From Octopus sinensis (lineage: Eukaryota), in contig NC_043003.1 in assembly GCF_006345805.1 (NCBI RefSeq), positions 65,596,001 through 65,660,000 of the forward strand: a stretch of DNA of 64,000 nt. The letters are read 5' to 3'. Positions 39,521-52,349 of this stretch are shown here, piece after piece. The position numbers and the translations under genes were made by a program. Under the pieces are notes generated by a model. The model was not told the DNA's origin. It saw only the letters and a program-made list of their open reading frames with translations, and ran no database searches. Position 1 is the stretch's first letter, and every line of letters starts with the position of its first letter.

Positions 39521-41394
39521 TGATTATTAGCGCTGACTCTTTTGCGTTGTTAGTGTGATAGCGTTGGAGAAGGTTGCATTAACACTTTTGGTTTATCCAT
39601 CAATTTGCTCTTCAAAAAGGCTTTCCGCCCCTGCCCATCATGTCTTATACTCTTTGTCCCTAGATAATTATGCTGGTGGGAAGTGGATATTTTGGCGTGA
39701 GTATATGCGTATTTTTTGTGATAGTGGTTACGTAGAAAGTAAGTGTGGTTGTTATGGCATTTCCGATTATCGACTCTAAACAAAGCGTTCCATCAATGCC
39801 CATCCTGCATTTTATTCAGTATTTCTAGAAAATTAAGCTGGAATAAAGCGAATACGTTGGCGCTATTTCTTTGCAGTGTTGATGACGGCGATGAGGTTCG
39901 AAACGGTAAACGTCGGGCTGTATTGTATTCTTTTATACACTGTGGGAAGTCAGAAATTGCATTGAGAGTATTTCTGTGTTTTTTGAAATATTTTTGGATA
40001 GCTACTTTCACTATAATAAATGGGCCTTTTCATTTAAGTACCTAAAACCATGTTTTGCTATTTTCAAAATAATGTTTTTGTGTATCAGGTTTTTCTTTAA
40101 GGTTGTGAATCTCACCTTGTTTAGAATATTGTAAATAAAGAATGAAAAAAAAACCCCTCCAGTATTGTTCAGTATTCTTTGCGGGTTGGAACAAAACAGA
40201 TAAGTGTGGAAGATCCACAATTCTGGATAGCATACCGAATGTTATTTAGAATGCTTATTTTTGCCCAAAGCAAGCTTCGAGACGTAATGAAATATGCGCA
40301 AACCATCGATCTATACTAGAAAGATGGTTATGCGTTTGAATATGTTACAATCCTTTAGCTATTCTCGAAATATTGAAAGAGCTGAAGAAGCAATCCTGTT
40401 GCTGTTGTATCTGCTTCATTGATAGGAAAGTTGAGAGAACTGAAATTCTTCAGCAATGAAGTTAAAAGACTGGAATTAAGTATGGAAAGATTTCTGAATT
40501 ACCGTACATCTGAAGAAGCATGCTCAGTGTAGCAATTATTTGGTTCTTAGAGAAAATCAGTGTCACAACGAAAGCGTGAATGCTTCGTTTACCGAAGCTG
40601 TAGCGAAATATGTTTACAAAAAACGGTGACTGTTCATAGCCAGTGCAACGTAACGTTTCGAAGTGTTTTACTTCAAAACGAAAATCGCTATTCATCTCTA
40701 TCTTATGAACACTCGGAACAAAGAAAATATAGAACCTCCCCAACCCCACAAAAAAAACAACAAAAAAAAAAACAAACAAAACAAGTCAACAATCATGCAA
40801 CCACTTTTTGAAATCAACAATGTAGAATTTAATTATGATGATTTCAAAAACTTCTTTTTATGTATTGACTGTGAATATGCAAAATATGTTTGATACGCTT
40901 ATTGGAAACGAAAGCGCTTCGTCTTCGTTACCAGGAGGTTGAATTACCTTACTCGACGAACAGGATTACAAAAAGAAAGTTTAAAGGATATCCAACAAAC
41001 TTTTTACGCAGACTAAAGAATTATTACTATTCCCATTATTCAACTTGGGACTGAAAACGCACTTTCTAATGGCAAATGTGTTTGAGGACAGAAAAATGTC
41101 TCAAGGAATATACATCATGTTTCTAAAGGTCTATGATTCCTAACTCAAGGGCACTGCATTTGATGGGTCACAATTCAATGAGATATTGGAGTGAGGATAA
41201 CTTGAAAGATAGATTAGTAGAATAGACGACGAAGCCAGGTAACCACAGCCACGCAGTGGATACCGAGCTTTATGGAAATAAACATGAATATACAACATGA
41301 AAATAAGCAAGCGCCCTCGCGCGCACACACAGGGGTTCGCATGCGTGTAGAAACACATAGACACACCTATTTATTTATTTATTTATGCGCCATT

Positions 41395-41655
41395 TTCAAG
41401 CCTGGTCAGTCTCATGGGCCCAGTTTCCCGGTTTCTGAGGCGTACGTGTTCCTCCCAGATGGACGGGACGCCAGTCCATCGCAGCGTTACTCAAGAAACG
41501 AGGGAGAGAAATTTGTGGCAAAAGAGTACAACATGGGTCCCCTGAGCCTCGTGGAGCTTTAGGTGTTTTCGCTCAGTAAACACACGCAACGTCCGGTCTG
41601 GGAATCGAAACCGCGATCCTCCGCTGCCCTAACCACTGGGCCACTGCGCCTCAAC
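41395..41655 (-). mobile_element. Family-D-like SINE
   Basis: Minus head GAGGCGCAGTGGCCCAGTGGTTAGGGCAGCG..GGTTTCGATTCCC. The body is shared with 30565 and 34745. Confidence 0.8.
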
Positions 41656-41825
41656 AGAGAGATACATACATACAAACATATATGTGTTTGTGAAATATAG
41701 TTTATATGCATATTAACATGACACACACATGCATGCATACATATATATTTATATCTATATACATGTGTCTGTATGTGTATGTCTCTGTGTGTGTGTGTGC
41801 ATATATATATACACACATATATATA

Positions 41826-41862
<37 letters not shown>

Positions 41863-41981
41863 TATACATATATACATATATGTACACATAATACCTATAT
41901 ATATATATATTTATAAATGTATCTATATGTATATCCATCTATCTATCTACCTATCTCCCCCTCCTCTCTCTCTCTCTCTCT

Positions 41982-42015
<34 letters not shown>

Positions 42016-42020
42016 AATAT

Positions 42021-42720
42021 AAAACATTATTGGTGAATTGAAGAAGAATGGAGCTGAACGCAGATTGAACAGAAATCGTTTTATTTCATTCTACACGTGT
42101 TTCGAAAGGCACAAATTACCAAAATCCGATTGAATAATGGGACCATATTGTGTCTTTCTCTTCAGGAAGAAAAAGGAAATCCGTTGGAAAAACAAAAACA
42201 GAACAGAGGCGGAGCAAAAAACAAATCGATGTGCTCCTAAGAGCCCATGGCGAAACTGTTTATCAGTGTATGTTGAGAACCGGTGGCTGAAGAATTCAAC
42301 GGGTCAGGCATCGGTCAATCATGGGTGTGAGGGTTGTAGAGATGTTCTTTGTGACCGAGAAAAAGTTCTAACTATTTAAAGAATATTGGATGTTTTATAA
42401 GGGGCGAGAAAAAATCTACTTAGAGACGTGTGTGTGTGTATACTGTTCTATATATGTGTGTGTTGGCGTAGGGGTAGAAAATATTTTTTGTGTACGTGTG
42501 TGCGTTTGATCGTTCGGCTGTCAGTGGCTACTGCCGTGATAACCGTTGGGTGGCAGAAAGAAAAAATAAAAAAATTATATATATATATTATGTTTATGTG
42601 TGTTGTGTGTGTTCATCTAAGCCTGCCTTGACAAAGGAAACCCCCGCTGTGATTTTTGCTACTAAGGTATCGGTTAACTTTTGATTAATCTACTACAAGA
42701 TTATTCATCTTTCTATTTCA
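42021..42720 (-). mobile_element. ~700-bp (TA)n-flanked PLE-type element
   Basis: Unique block between (TA)n tracts, containing an intact HHR and flanked by a long direct duplication. Confidence 0.6.
42084..42175 (-). ncRNA. Minimal type I hammerhead ribozyme with an intact catalytic core
   Basis: Minus strand: UUC-CUGAAGA(42165-42159)-GAAAGACACAA..UUGUGCCUUUC-GAAA(42103-42100)-CACGUG-UA-GAAUGAAA. G10.1-C11.1 is closed, stem III is the palindrome ACACGUGU, the triplet is GUA (cleavage after 42092), and stem I is UUC/GAA plus an imperfect extension. Confidence 0.75.
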
Positions 42721-42904
42721 CATAATATATATATATTATAATATATATATATATATATATATCATTTTATCTTTTTTTGTACACATAATACCTAATATAT
42801 TATATATATAGATATATATATTTATAAATGTATCTGTATGTATATCCATCTATCTATCTACCTATCTCCCCCCTCTCTCTCTCTCTCTCTTTCTCTCCTT
42901 TATA

Positions 42905-42936
<32 letters not shown>

Positions 42937-43429
42937 TTATCTTTTTTATATATATATATATAGGTGTGTTGTGGGTACATGTACATAGTTCATAAAGCTA
43001 GATATCTTATCCAAATAAGTCATTTCGTCAGAGAGAAAAGGAATGTCAACTGGTTCTGAAGGATAAATAAATGGGAATCTGTTGTGAAGAATAGTAAGGT
43101 GATGAAAAGAAGTGGGGGAAGTGGTGGCAATCATTAATGGACAGGATGAGAAAATATAAGGGAACGCGTGAGGATTTGATAAACCTTGAGCGATGGAGGA
43201 GAGCTAATTAGGCGCCTATTGAAACGTACCTCATTTTCATTCACAATAGGCTATGTATACATATACATACATAGATACACACACGCTCTCTCTCTCACAC
43301 CCATACACACATACACGCACACACATGCGAATGCATACGCGCACACACACAGACATACGTACGTACATATGTATTTACATACATGCATATATATATATGT
43401 GCACACACACACACATATATATATATACA

Positions 43430-43815
43430 CTTTTACTCTTTTACTTGTTTCAGTCATTTGACTGCGGCCATGCTGGAGCACCGATTTAGTCGAGTAAATC
43501 GACCCCAGGACTTATTCTTTGTAAGCCTAGTACATATTCTATCAGTCTCTTTTGCCGCTAAGTTACGGGGGCGTAAACACACCAGCATCGGTTGTCAAGC
43601 AATGTTAGCGGGACAAACACACACACACATATATATATATATATACATATATACATATATAAACGGGCTTCTTTCAGTTTCCGTCTACCAAATCCACTGA
43701 CAAAGCTTTGGTCGGCCAGAGGATATAGCAGAAGACACATGCCCAAGGTTCCACGCAATGGGATTGAACCCAGAACCATGTGGTTGGTAAGTAAGCTATT
43801 TACCACACAGCCACG
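43430..43815 (-). mobile_element. Near full-length SINE family E
   Basis: Minus head GCGTGGCTGTGTGGTAAATAGCTTACTTACCAACCACATGGTTCTGGGTTCAATCCC through to the tail CAGTCAAATGACTGAAACAAGTAAAAG. Confidence 0.9.
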
Positions 43816-44092
43816 CTTGCGCCTATGTATATATGTTGTGCAAGGACAAAAGAATGCGATAAGATACAAAAAGAAAACAGGACAAGTTAAAACAATTTGT
43901 AGTTTTTGCCTTATATCTCTGTATTTCGGGGATCCATGTCACCTCTTTCAGGACATATAGAAGAACAAGCGAAGAAAAGGGTTGTTTCTCAGATGTGAGA
44001 GAGGAGGAGGGTGAACGACAAAGAGGGATGCTGATATGCACAGACTTTTATTGCAGTAGTAACCAACCTGCTTCATTTATGTACACGTAATG

Positions 44093-44157
<65 letters not shown>

Positions 44158-44158
<1 letters not shown>

Positions 44159-44390
44159 TATTTCTTTATTGCCCACAAGGGGCTAAACATAGAGGGGACA
44201 TACAAGGACAGACAAAGGGATTAAGTTGTTTACATCGACTCCAGTGCGTAACTGGTACTTAATTTATCGACCCCGTTAGGATGAAAGGCAAAGTCGACCT
44301 TGGCGGAATTTGAACTCACAACGTAACGACAGACGAGATACGGCTACGCATTTCGCCCGGCGTGCTAACGTTTCTGCCAGCTCGCCGCCA
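44158..44390 (-). mobile_element. Full-length family-A SINE (long tail)
   Basis: Head at 44390 (GGCGGCGAGCTGGCAGAAACGTTAGCACGCC); tail CCTTGTGGGCAATAAAGAAAT abutting (TATG)n. Confidence 0.9.
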
Positions 44391-44435
44391 TTTATATATA
44401 TATGTATATTGTCACCACACAGTATAAAATTAACG

Positions 44436-44780
44436 GTGGAACTCGAAGCAATCGAACAAAGTCGGGAAAGATATGCCGTGCTACACATCTAGAAAATCTT
44501 AGAAGTCCTTGTACCAAACTTTGACATTGAGAGACCTACAAAGTGTGGATGTAGGTGTCTTCAAAACAAAACTGGATTTCCTGCTGTTAAGGGTTCCAGA
44601 TGAGCCCCCTTCACAGAAGGAAATACAGATGAGGGCAGCAGAATCAACCTTTCTCATTCACCAAATGCCACATATCAGAGGATGTTTCAAACAATGGTGT
44701 AGCACAATCAACGGCGGTGCACCAGCATGAACGCAGCTTTGAAGCTGAAACAATTTAAAGGTTTAAAGAGATCAAAGATT
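44436..44780 (+). mobile_element. CR1-like LINE 3' fragment
   Basis: EQSRERYAVLHI*KILEVLVPNF and LRDLQSVDVGVFKTKLDFLLLRVPDEP..RAAES match the CR1 ORF2 C-terminus. Confidence 0.75.
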
Positions 44781-44834
44781 TATATATATATATATATCCC
44801 TCTCTCCTCCTCCTTCTCTCCCTCTTCCTCTGTC

Positions 44835-45126
44835 TCTCAACCATTGTTGGAACGTTTAGTAGATATGAGGGATGGGTTACTGGCCCGTCAAAAGTGTATG
44901 GTCCAACAACATGACGCTCATTAAGTGCTGCCCACATAATGGAATGCGGAGTGTTGTATTCAGTTTTTATATAATGAAGATTCTCTTTTACCCAGAAGTA
45001 AATATTTCTTGCCCGACTCGAACAGTAATCTGTGCACTCGTAGGTTAACATCACTTTTCCTCGAGAAGGAATCGTATTGAATAACATAATAACGTATGGA
45101 CGGGTAGGGACTTACGGGCCTCCCTG
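44835..45126 (-). mobile_element. Tc3-like transposase fragment with one TIR
   Basis: VMLTYEC..RARNIYFWVKENLHY..PHSIMWAALNERHVVGPYTFDGPVTHPSYL. End CAGGGAGGCCCGTAAGTCCC with TA at 45127-28. Confidence 0.75.
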
Positions 45127-45269
45127 TATATATGTGTGTGCGTATGTATGTATGTATGTATGTATGTATGTATGTATGTATGTATGTATGTATGTATATT
45201 TCTTCTGCATATCACAGGCAGAAACCAAGACTGCGATTTAAGTAGTGTGTCAAGTCCTCATTAAAGGCC

Positions 45270-45592
45270 TGTGATATGCAGGAGACTGACTGGGAGAATA
45301 ATGCCTGTCATCACCACAGATGGAGGAAGCAGGTTAAGGAGGGAGTCGACACCTTTGTGAGAGCATGTATTCTGCATGAAGAACTTAACCGTGCTGCTCG
45401 AAAGCGCACCGCTTGTGTAGTGAATGAGGAAAGATTGACTTGCAATGTTTGCAGTCGTGTATGTTTGTCAAGAGCAGGGCTCATTAGACACCAACGGAAA
45501 CGCAAATACAAAATATATGAGCGCACTATGTTCCTGAAGGTTAGCAATGGTCTTCCTCGGTCACGAGAGGACGACCATCATGTATATAAGTG
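45270..45592 (+). mobile_element. RTE-clade LINE 3' end
   Basis: WENNACHHHRWRKQVKEGVDTF..RAARK..LTCNVCSRVCLSRAGLIRHQRK is the RTE C-terminal C2H-type motif. Confidence 0.85.
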
Positions 45593-45597
45593 TGTAA

Positions 45598-45631
<34 letters not shown>

Positions 45632-45679
45632 GCAAAAACACACAACCATAAAAATATATCCCTGAAATATGTGTAATCA

Positions 45680-46115
45680 CATTCCCCCATGCTCTACTCT
45701 AACTGCTTTAACAATTTCATATAAGGGCAGACAGCTTCATTGCTTGCTGCTTTTATATCGACCCCAAAATGATGAAAGGCAAAGTCGACCTCGGCGGGGT
45801 TTGAACTCAGAACATAAAAAAACGGACGGAATACTACTAAGCATTTTGCCCGGCGTTTTAACTATTCTGCCATCTCACCGCCTTATAATATTTTAAGAAT
45901 ATTTTCTACTCTATTCTCAATGCTTGAAATCTTTGGGGACGGGGTCAGTCGATTAGATCCTCCCCAGTACGCAACTGGTACTTAATTTATCGACTCCGAA
46001 AGGATGAAAGGTAAAGTCAACATCGGCGGAATTTGAACTCAGAACGTAAAGACAGACGAAATACCGCTAAGCATTTCGTCCGGCGTGCTAACGTTTCTGC
46101 TAGCTCGCCGCCTTT
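45680..46115 (-). mobile_element. Two family-A SINEs
   Basis: Heads near 45885 and 46112, both with canonical bodies. Confidence 0.9.
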
Positions 46116-46673
46116 CTACAAACATAATACCCTATACTACTACCTCGTTTTATCCACTCTGAACTTCATAGTTCTAGCTCTCCCTTTTCTCAAGCGAGAA
46201 ATTTTTCTCGGCGACAAACTGCAGTGTAAAACCTTTAAGATTTAGCGTGTCTGAAACATATTCCAACTGCTCCTTAAATGTGTATTCTTTCTGTCACTGC
46301 TTCGTGTATCTACTCTGAAATGTGTTCAAGACTCGCGACGAATGTACAGTATATCAGTTTAAAATATCGGCTGATGTACGATGACCGAATCAAAACTGTC
46401 AGTCAGTTAAGAGCTGCCATTTATGGTATCTGGTACTGAGGAGAACTAACGAGTTCGAATTTCATCTATCATTCCAATAGAAGACGCTCTGACCTCACTT
46501 CAGTGTTTTAACATCTTATTGTCATGAGGAAGAAAATTTTCCCACGACAAACTACAGTGAAAATCCTTTACAGGCTGAAATATTTCTCAAACATATTTGA
46601 AATCGTCATAAGTTTGTATTTATGCATATGCACCAATACATACATAACACATACATGTGTACACATATATATA

Positions 46674-46894
46674 GGGTTGGCCAAAAGCACCCGACAGTAA
46701 ATCAAAATTCCATAAATACTTGATATTCAATTTATTTTATTCAATCCAGTTATGAATGTTTAATAATTGAATGCGGTGAGTTAAAATGGCCATTTGTCTA
46801 TTTATTAGCGAAATCTCATATAAAATAATTGTTTGTTTTCATCTTGGAATTAAATGGTCTTCATTTATTGTCAATTGACTTTTGACTAACCATG
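46674..46894. mobile_element. Degraded Tc1/mariner-type MITE
   Basis: Imperfect TIRs GGGTTGGCCAAAAGCACCCGACAGTAAAT / ATTTATTGTCAATTGACTTTTGACTAACCATG, TA flanks. Confidence 0.5.
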
Positions 46895-47764
46895 TATATA
46901 TATGTGTGCGTGTGTGTGTGTGTGTGTGTATACGCATACGTCATGCGCCCATGAAATACATGCAAATATACACTCCCTCACGATTGCACACACACACTCA
47001 TACAAGCACACGTACACATGCTTACAAACACACACACACACACATATGTAAACGAAATAAGCTCATATAACACCGTTGGTTGCAACAATATTTTAATCTT
47101 TAGCTAATTAATATGCGCATTACGGAACAATTAATACCCTCCTATGTGTTCGTAAGATCGAATTGAAACAGATGTTGAATCTAACTGAAATCATTTATCA
47201 CTGTTATGAAACAGGACACATGGTATGATATAGTCCTTGATATTGCACGGCACCTAAACAGATAAAGAAAAAGGGGAGAACGGCCACGACTATAAAGATT
47301 TTGATCATAAACTTGTGATAAACACCGTACTGAATAACAACAGCGATGTTTCTTTAGGCCACTAACATCAAAGAGAAATGTCTCAAAACACTCATGTATA
47401 CTTCTTTCTACTATGTTAGACACTACGAATAAATCATAAAGTATACATTGTTTTGTTAAAGTGTAATTACATTTCACCTTCGTAAATAACTTATATAGTA
47501 TGACATTACGTGGGAGCTTGACTTAAGTCAACAACCAACGTATTTCTTCTTCCGATTTAATAAAGAAAAAAGAAAAACAAACATTCAAAATAACAAGTAT
47601 CGATAATGAGATAATACTTCAAGAAGAAACAAAAGCACCATTAACAACTACATATCTCTTTATATCTGTCATCTTTCTTCAGTTTCCTTCACTGCCTCCC
47701 TTAGTCTTGCGTCGGTTTCTAAACTTAGGCTGGTGACCATAAATTTCTATTTACATTAGTTTCA

Positions 47765-48355
47765 AATTTTAGCACAAGGCTAGCAATTTTCAGGGGAGGG
47801 CAAGTCTGTTAAATCGATCCCAGTGCTCAACTGATATTTATTTTATCGACCCTGTAAGGATAAAAGAAAAAGTCGACATCCGAGGTTTTTTTTTTTTTCT
47901 TCTGTAGGCAAAAGGCTCGAAATTTTTTGCGGGAGGGACCAGTCAATTAGATGAATCCCAGTACGTACATGTTACTTAAATTATCGACCCCGAAAGGATA
48001 AAAAGTGAAGTCGACATCGGCGGAATTTGAATTCAGAACGTACAGACAAACGAAATTCCGCTAAGCACTTCGCTTGGCATGCTAACGATTCCTCCAGCTC
48101 GCCGCCTTTTTAAATATTTTGTATACCCTTTTCTACTGTAGGCGCAAGGCCCGAAATATTGGGGGAGGAGACCAGACGATTAGATCGAGCCCACTACGTA
48201 TCTGGTACTTAATTTATCGACCCCGAAAGGATGAAAGGCAAAGTTGACTTTAGCAGAATTTGAACTCAGAACAGTTCTGCCAGCTCGCCGCACAGAATGT
48301 ATAGACGGACGAAATATCGCCCGGTGTGCTAACGATTCTGCCAACTCGCCGTCTT
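47765..48355 (-). mobile_element. Cluster of family-A SINEs (3-4 bodies)
   Basis: Repeated TTATCGACCC..GGAT.AAAG..AAGTCGAC blocks. Confidence 0.85.
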
Positions 48356-49584
48356 AGGTGTCTATTTAAATTTAAAATCAAAGAACTATTTCGAGTTGTA
48401 GGGTTCACAGGGGCGATTACTCGATTTCTATGCGTATATGTGACGTGGATCACAACATACCCTTGAACGGGACACTCGCCGTTCGCAGAATTAAAGGACT
48501 GGGTCAACGTGAAATAAGTGTTTTGTACAATAGCTCAAAGTACCACCCGGTCCGTGTAGTGAAACTACGATCTTGCGATCGCGAGCGTAACACCCACTTT
48601 ATATTAAAGAGTGAATTTGTTAGAACGGTGCAAGTGATTCGAATTAATATTCGTATAGCATAATCTTTATTTAAATTTCATTTCTATAGTTAAGGTAAAA
48701 TCTATTTGCCAACGTAAAGTTGGAGCCTTGCTTAGGATGGTGTTACTATTGTTTAGCCCATCTTTTGCAGTTGGCTACTGACACGTCATCTGTGTTTTCA
48801 TGCACTGTGAGGGCGCTAATGCTCCCGTCCAGCCTCATCGATATCAGCAGACCAATGGTTTCTATGTAATTTCCCTTCCTCAGTACAGAACAATCGCTGG
48901 TTAGAGGTGGCAGCTACTCGTCCGCGCTCACAGTATATACTTTAAAAGTGACACACAGTCGCTGACCTCGTAAAGAGAAAAACAACTAGTTTTAAATCTC
49001 TGAGCGAGAAATATGTAGTAACAGTACTACATAGTAAAGTTATGCGCCAACGTAGTTTTCCAGAAATCAAGAACCTTATAGAATAATACTTGTTGAAAGT
49101 TTTTCCACACCAAACATGTGCATGTTATCACAAAAATACATTTCTTAAGATACCTAATCGAGGACTCTGCAGATAGTATTTAAAAAAATGAGATTCACTT
49201 TTCGTTTCGACGATAACCGACATATATCTCATACAAAAACAAAGTTTGAATTTATACAATAGCATAAACAAATAAAACAAACAAATAGCAGGAGCCTTTC
49301 GATACATTAAATTACTACTCTTCCAATTGAGTAAAATGCGCAACAGCTTTTAAAAGACTGGAAATATAAATCTAACAAGCCCTCGAAATTCGGAAAAAGT
49401 CATATTTAAGGTGTAGACCACTACGCACACGACAGTCTGATAGTACCGTTTGCCAAAGCATATGGTAAAAATGCGAAAATGTAAGTAGGTTCAGAGCAAT
49501 AATAAATAAAATATAGAAGTATGTCAAAGCTGAAGAGACTTAGATACACAAAGAGATACCAACACACACTCATTCATTCTTCTT

Positions 49585-49602
49585 TATATGTATGCATGTA
49601 TG

Positions 49603-49636
<34 letters not shown>

Positions 49637-49750
49637 TGTATGTATGTATGTATGTATGTATGTATGTATGTATGTATGTATGTATGTATGTATGTAGGTA
49701 GGTAGGTAGGTAGGAAGGTATGTAGGAAGGTAGGTAAGTAGGTAGGTAAG
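49585..49750. repeat. (GTAT)n grading into (GTAG)n
   Basis: Directly visible. Confidence 0.95.
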
Positions 49751-52088
49751 TTGATAAGTAGGAGGGTATGAAACAGGAATTCCAATTACAAGTTGTAGTG
49801 AATATGGTTTTTATTAGAATTGAAAATATTATAACCTCCTCTCGAAGTAAAATCCCCTTTCGTCGAGGGGACACCTTATCTGATTTTGAAGTTAAATTGA
49901 AATTGTCGTTATAAATTTAGAGGACGAAGTCTTTGAATAGAAAATGTGTTCCTATTTTTAATCTTTTGGGCAGCTAGAAATAAGCTGCCTTGAAGGTTCA
50001 AACTATTCATGGTAATCTGAGCTACTATTCCCTTTTTTCTTTAATATATTGTTTTTTTGAGTCCTTTTCGTACTTTTGTCATTCAATTTGATAATTGGGT
50101 CATTGAAAATGGCGAAAGAAATTAGCGCCATGAAGTTAGTCGTTCAAATTCGTTTTTCAATTATTCAATTTCGCATTTCGGTCAAAGAATTTTCTGGTGT
50201 AGAACAAGTAGACGGGTTCATTCCCATTCCGATTGTTGAAGAAAGAGGTGGCTCAGACTAAATAGTGCTCATTACGGCAGCGACGTGCTGCCGTAATGGA
50301 GACACGGCAGCCACGCGCTGCTGCCTTACACTTCGCACTACACTTCCCATCCAGTTCATATAGTCACTCTATCATAGTCATTGTTACCTGCAAACCCGTT
50401 TCTGCCTATCTAGCCATCGAGGACATGGGTGCAGAGGTTATGGGCCCAAATAACGTTGCAAAAATATTCCAGTTTTCAGCGTTAATCTATCGTCATTAGA
50501 TTTTTATACTCTCCAATCTAATTCGTTATTGAAATGTTATTTATACGGATTGAGTTATGAACGTAGTTAATGTGATTAATCACGACGCAATCATAGAGTT
50601 TCTTTTTTCCATTTTCTTTTTCGTTGTTGCTGTGACTTATCTCTAGGTTAACCTTGATCGAAATTCTTGAGAAGAAAAGAATTTTAGCTGTGATTATTTG
50701 AAATTTTTCCAAAACGTAATTCCATGCAACAAGCAAACTTCTGAAGGAAAGAATTTTCTGTAACTAGCAAAAGCAAAAATTACTTTATCGAAAAGTCGCC
50801 TTTTTTTCTAAGAAGGACCTATATAATTCGGTATCGTTTTGGCTGCAAACAGATAGAATGACTTTATCAAAGATCTGTTTGTGAATCTTAGTTTATGTTC
50901 ACAAATAAGGGTTACAATGACATTTATATTTTTCAAAACATTATTAGCAACATAAAAGAGCTGATTTAAGTGCTGTTAGAAATCGATAGGTAGATAGTTC
51001 AGCCGGGTCATCTTATCTCACACACTGCGGCTTTCTCTCCTCTATCACTGATTAATAACGCTTTTCTTCCATAACAATACAATTTATCGACTCTTCAGGA
51101 GCAAAAAGAAGATATGAAACCATATAATTCTTACTTAACAAGAAGTGGGACGGAGTTAAATGGCATAAAACATATAATTCCGTCAATTTCAAATTCTTCT
51201 TTGAATAAGCGCAAAGATATTACAATTTAAAGAAAATTAGAATCATAAAATTCCTGCTCTACGGAACCGAATTGCAGTGAAAGTACTTGAATTTGTCATT
51301 AAAGGCATTTTGCAGCCTGCAAATGCTGCCTAGATTTTCATGAAATTGCTTAGAAGTGCCATATTTTGAGGTAATGGGAGAGGAAAGTGTACATCTCTTA
51401 TCTAAGTGCATTCTGTGACAGACTGAGGAGTGAATGTTCCAAAGTAGTATTGAAACTTTTATTGCGATTATTTTCGACAAAAGTTTCCTTCTGACTCATT
51501 CCGTCGCAAGGACCTACGACCATATTTAGCAGAATGATCAGAGTGGGGAAGAAAATACCTTGCAATATTTGGTGACGTGATTCTGCGATGACGATTGAAT
51601 TCCAGTCGAATTCGAACTTTGTGATTTTCGTATTGACTTTCGTATTTGAGCGATTATTTCTCACGGTAATTTCGGAATCTCATTTGATCTTCTGGCACCG
51701 TTAGAAATTATATTTTATCTTTTACTTCTTTCTGCCTTTGGATAGCGGCCATGCTGGGACACCGCCTTAAAGGGTTGAATCAAACAAATTTATCGTAAAA
51801 TTCACTCACGGTGCATTGGTCAGTCTGGGGTAACACAAGAAGACACTCGCCTAAGATAACAGGCAACGAGATTGAACTCGAAACCACGTAGTCGCAAGGT
51901 AAATTTCTCAATCAATTTATTCCTTTAGAGGATTCCACGTGTTAGAAACAAGTCTTCCGACTGGAAACCAAGTGTATGGCCTACAAAACAGTTTGAAAGG
52001 TGCATTACCGTTCTCGTATAGTCACACCTAAACTAACAAAATATTTCTGAAAACGTGACTCGTAGTAGTCCTCGATATTATGAGCACG

Positions 52089-52121
<33 letters not shown>

Positions 52122-52349
52122 ATACCGTATCCGTTTCGCATATTATAATTGCAGATACACAGCCAATCCCGACAAGAAATGTATGAACCAATAAGGGAAT
52201 ATCAGCGCGATGGTTCGAGCGCTAGATATAGCAGCCAAAACATAGCATTTTCTGTCTTTCCTTCTTAATAAAGAAAGGTTGTATGTACACTCTTCCAGAT
52301 ATACTTTGGATAAATAAAAAAAATAATTGATTTTTTTTTTAGACACAGT

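Noticed and set aside
40630-40680. HHR-like GAAACGTT with hairpin on the minus strand
   Set aside because: No CUGANGA-like core upstream of the hairpin.
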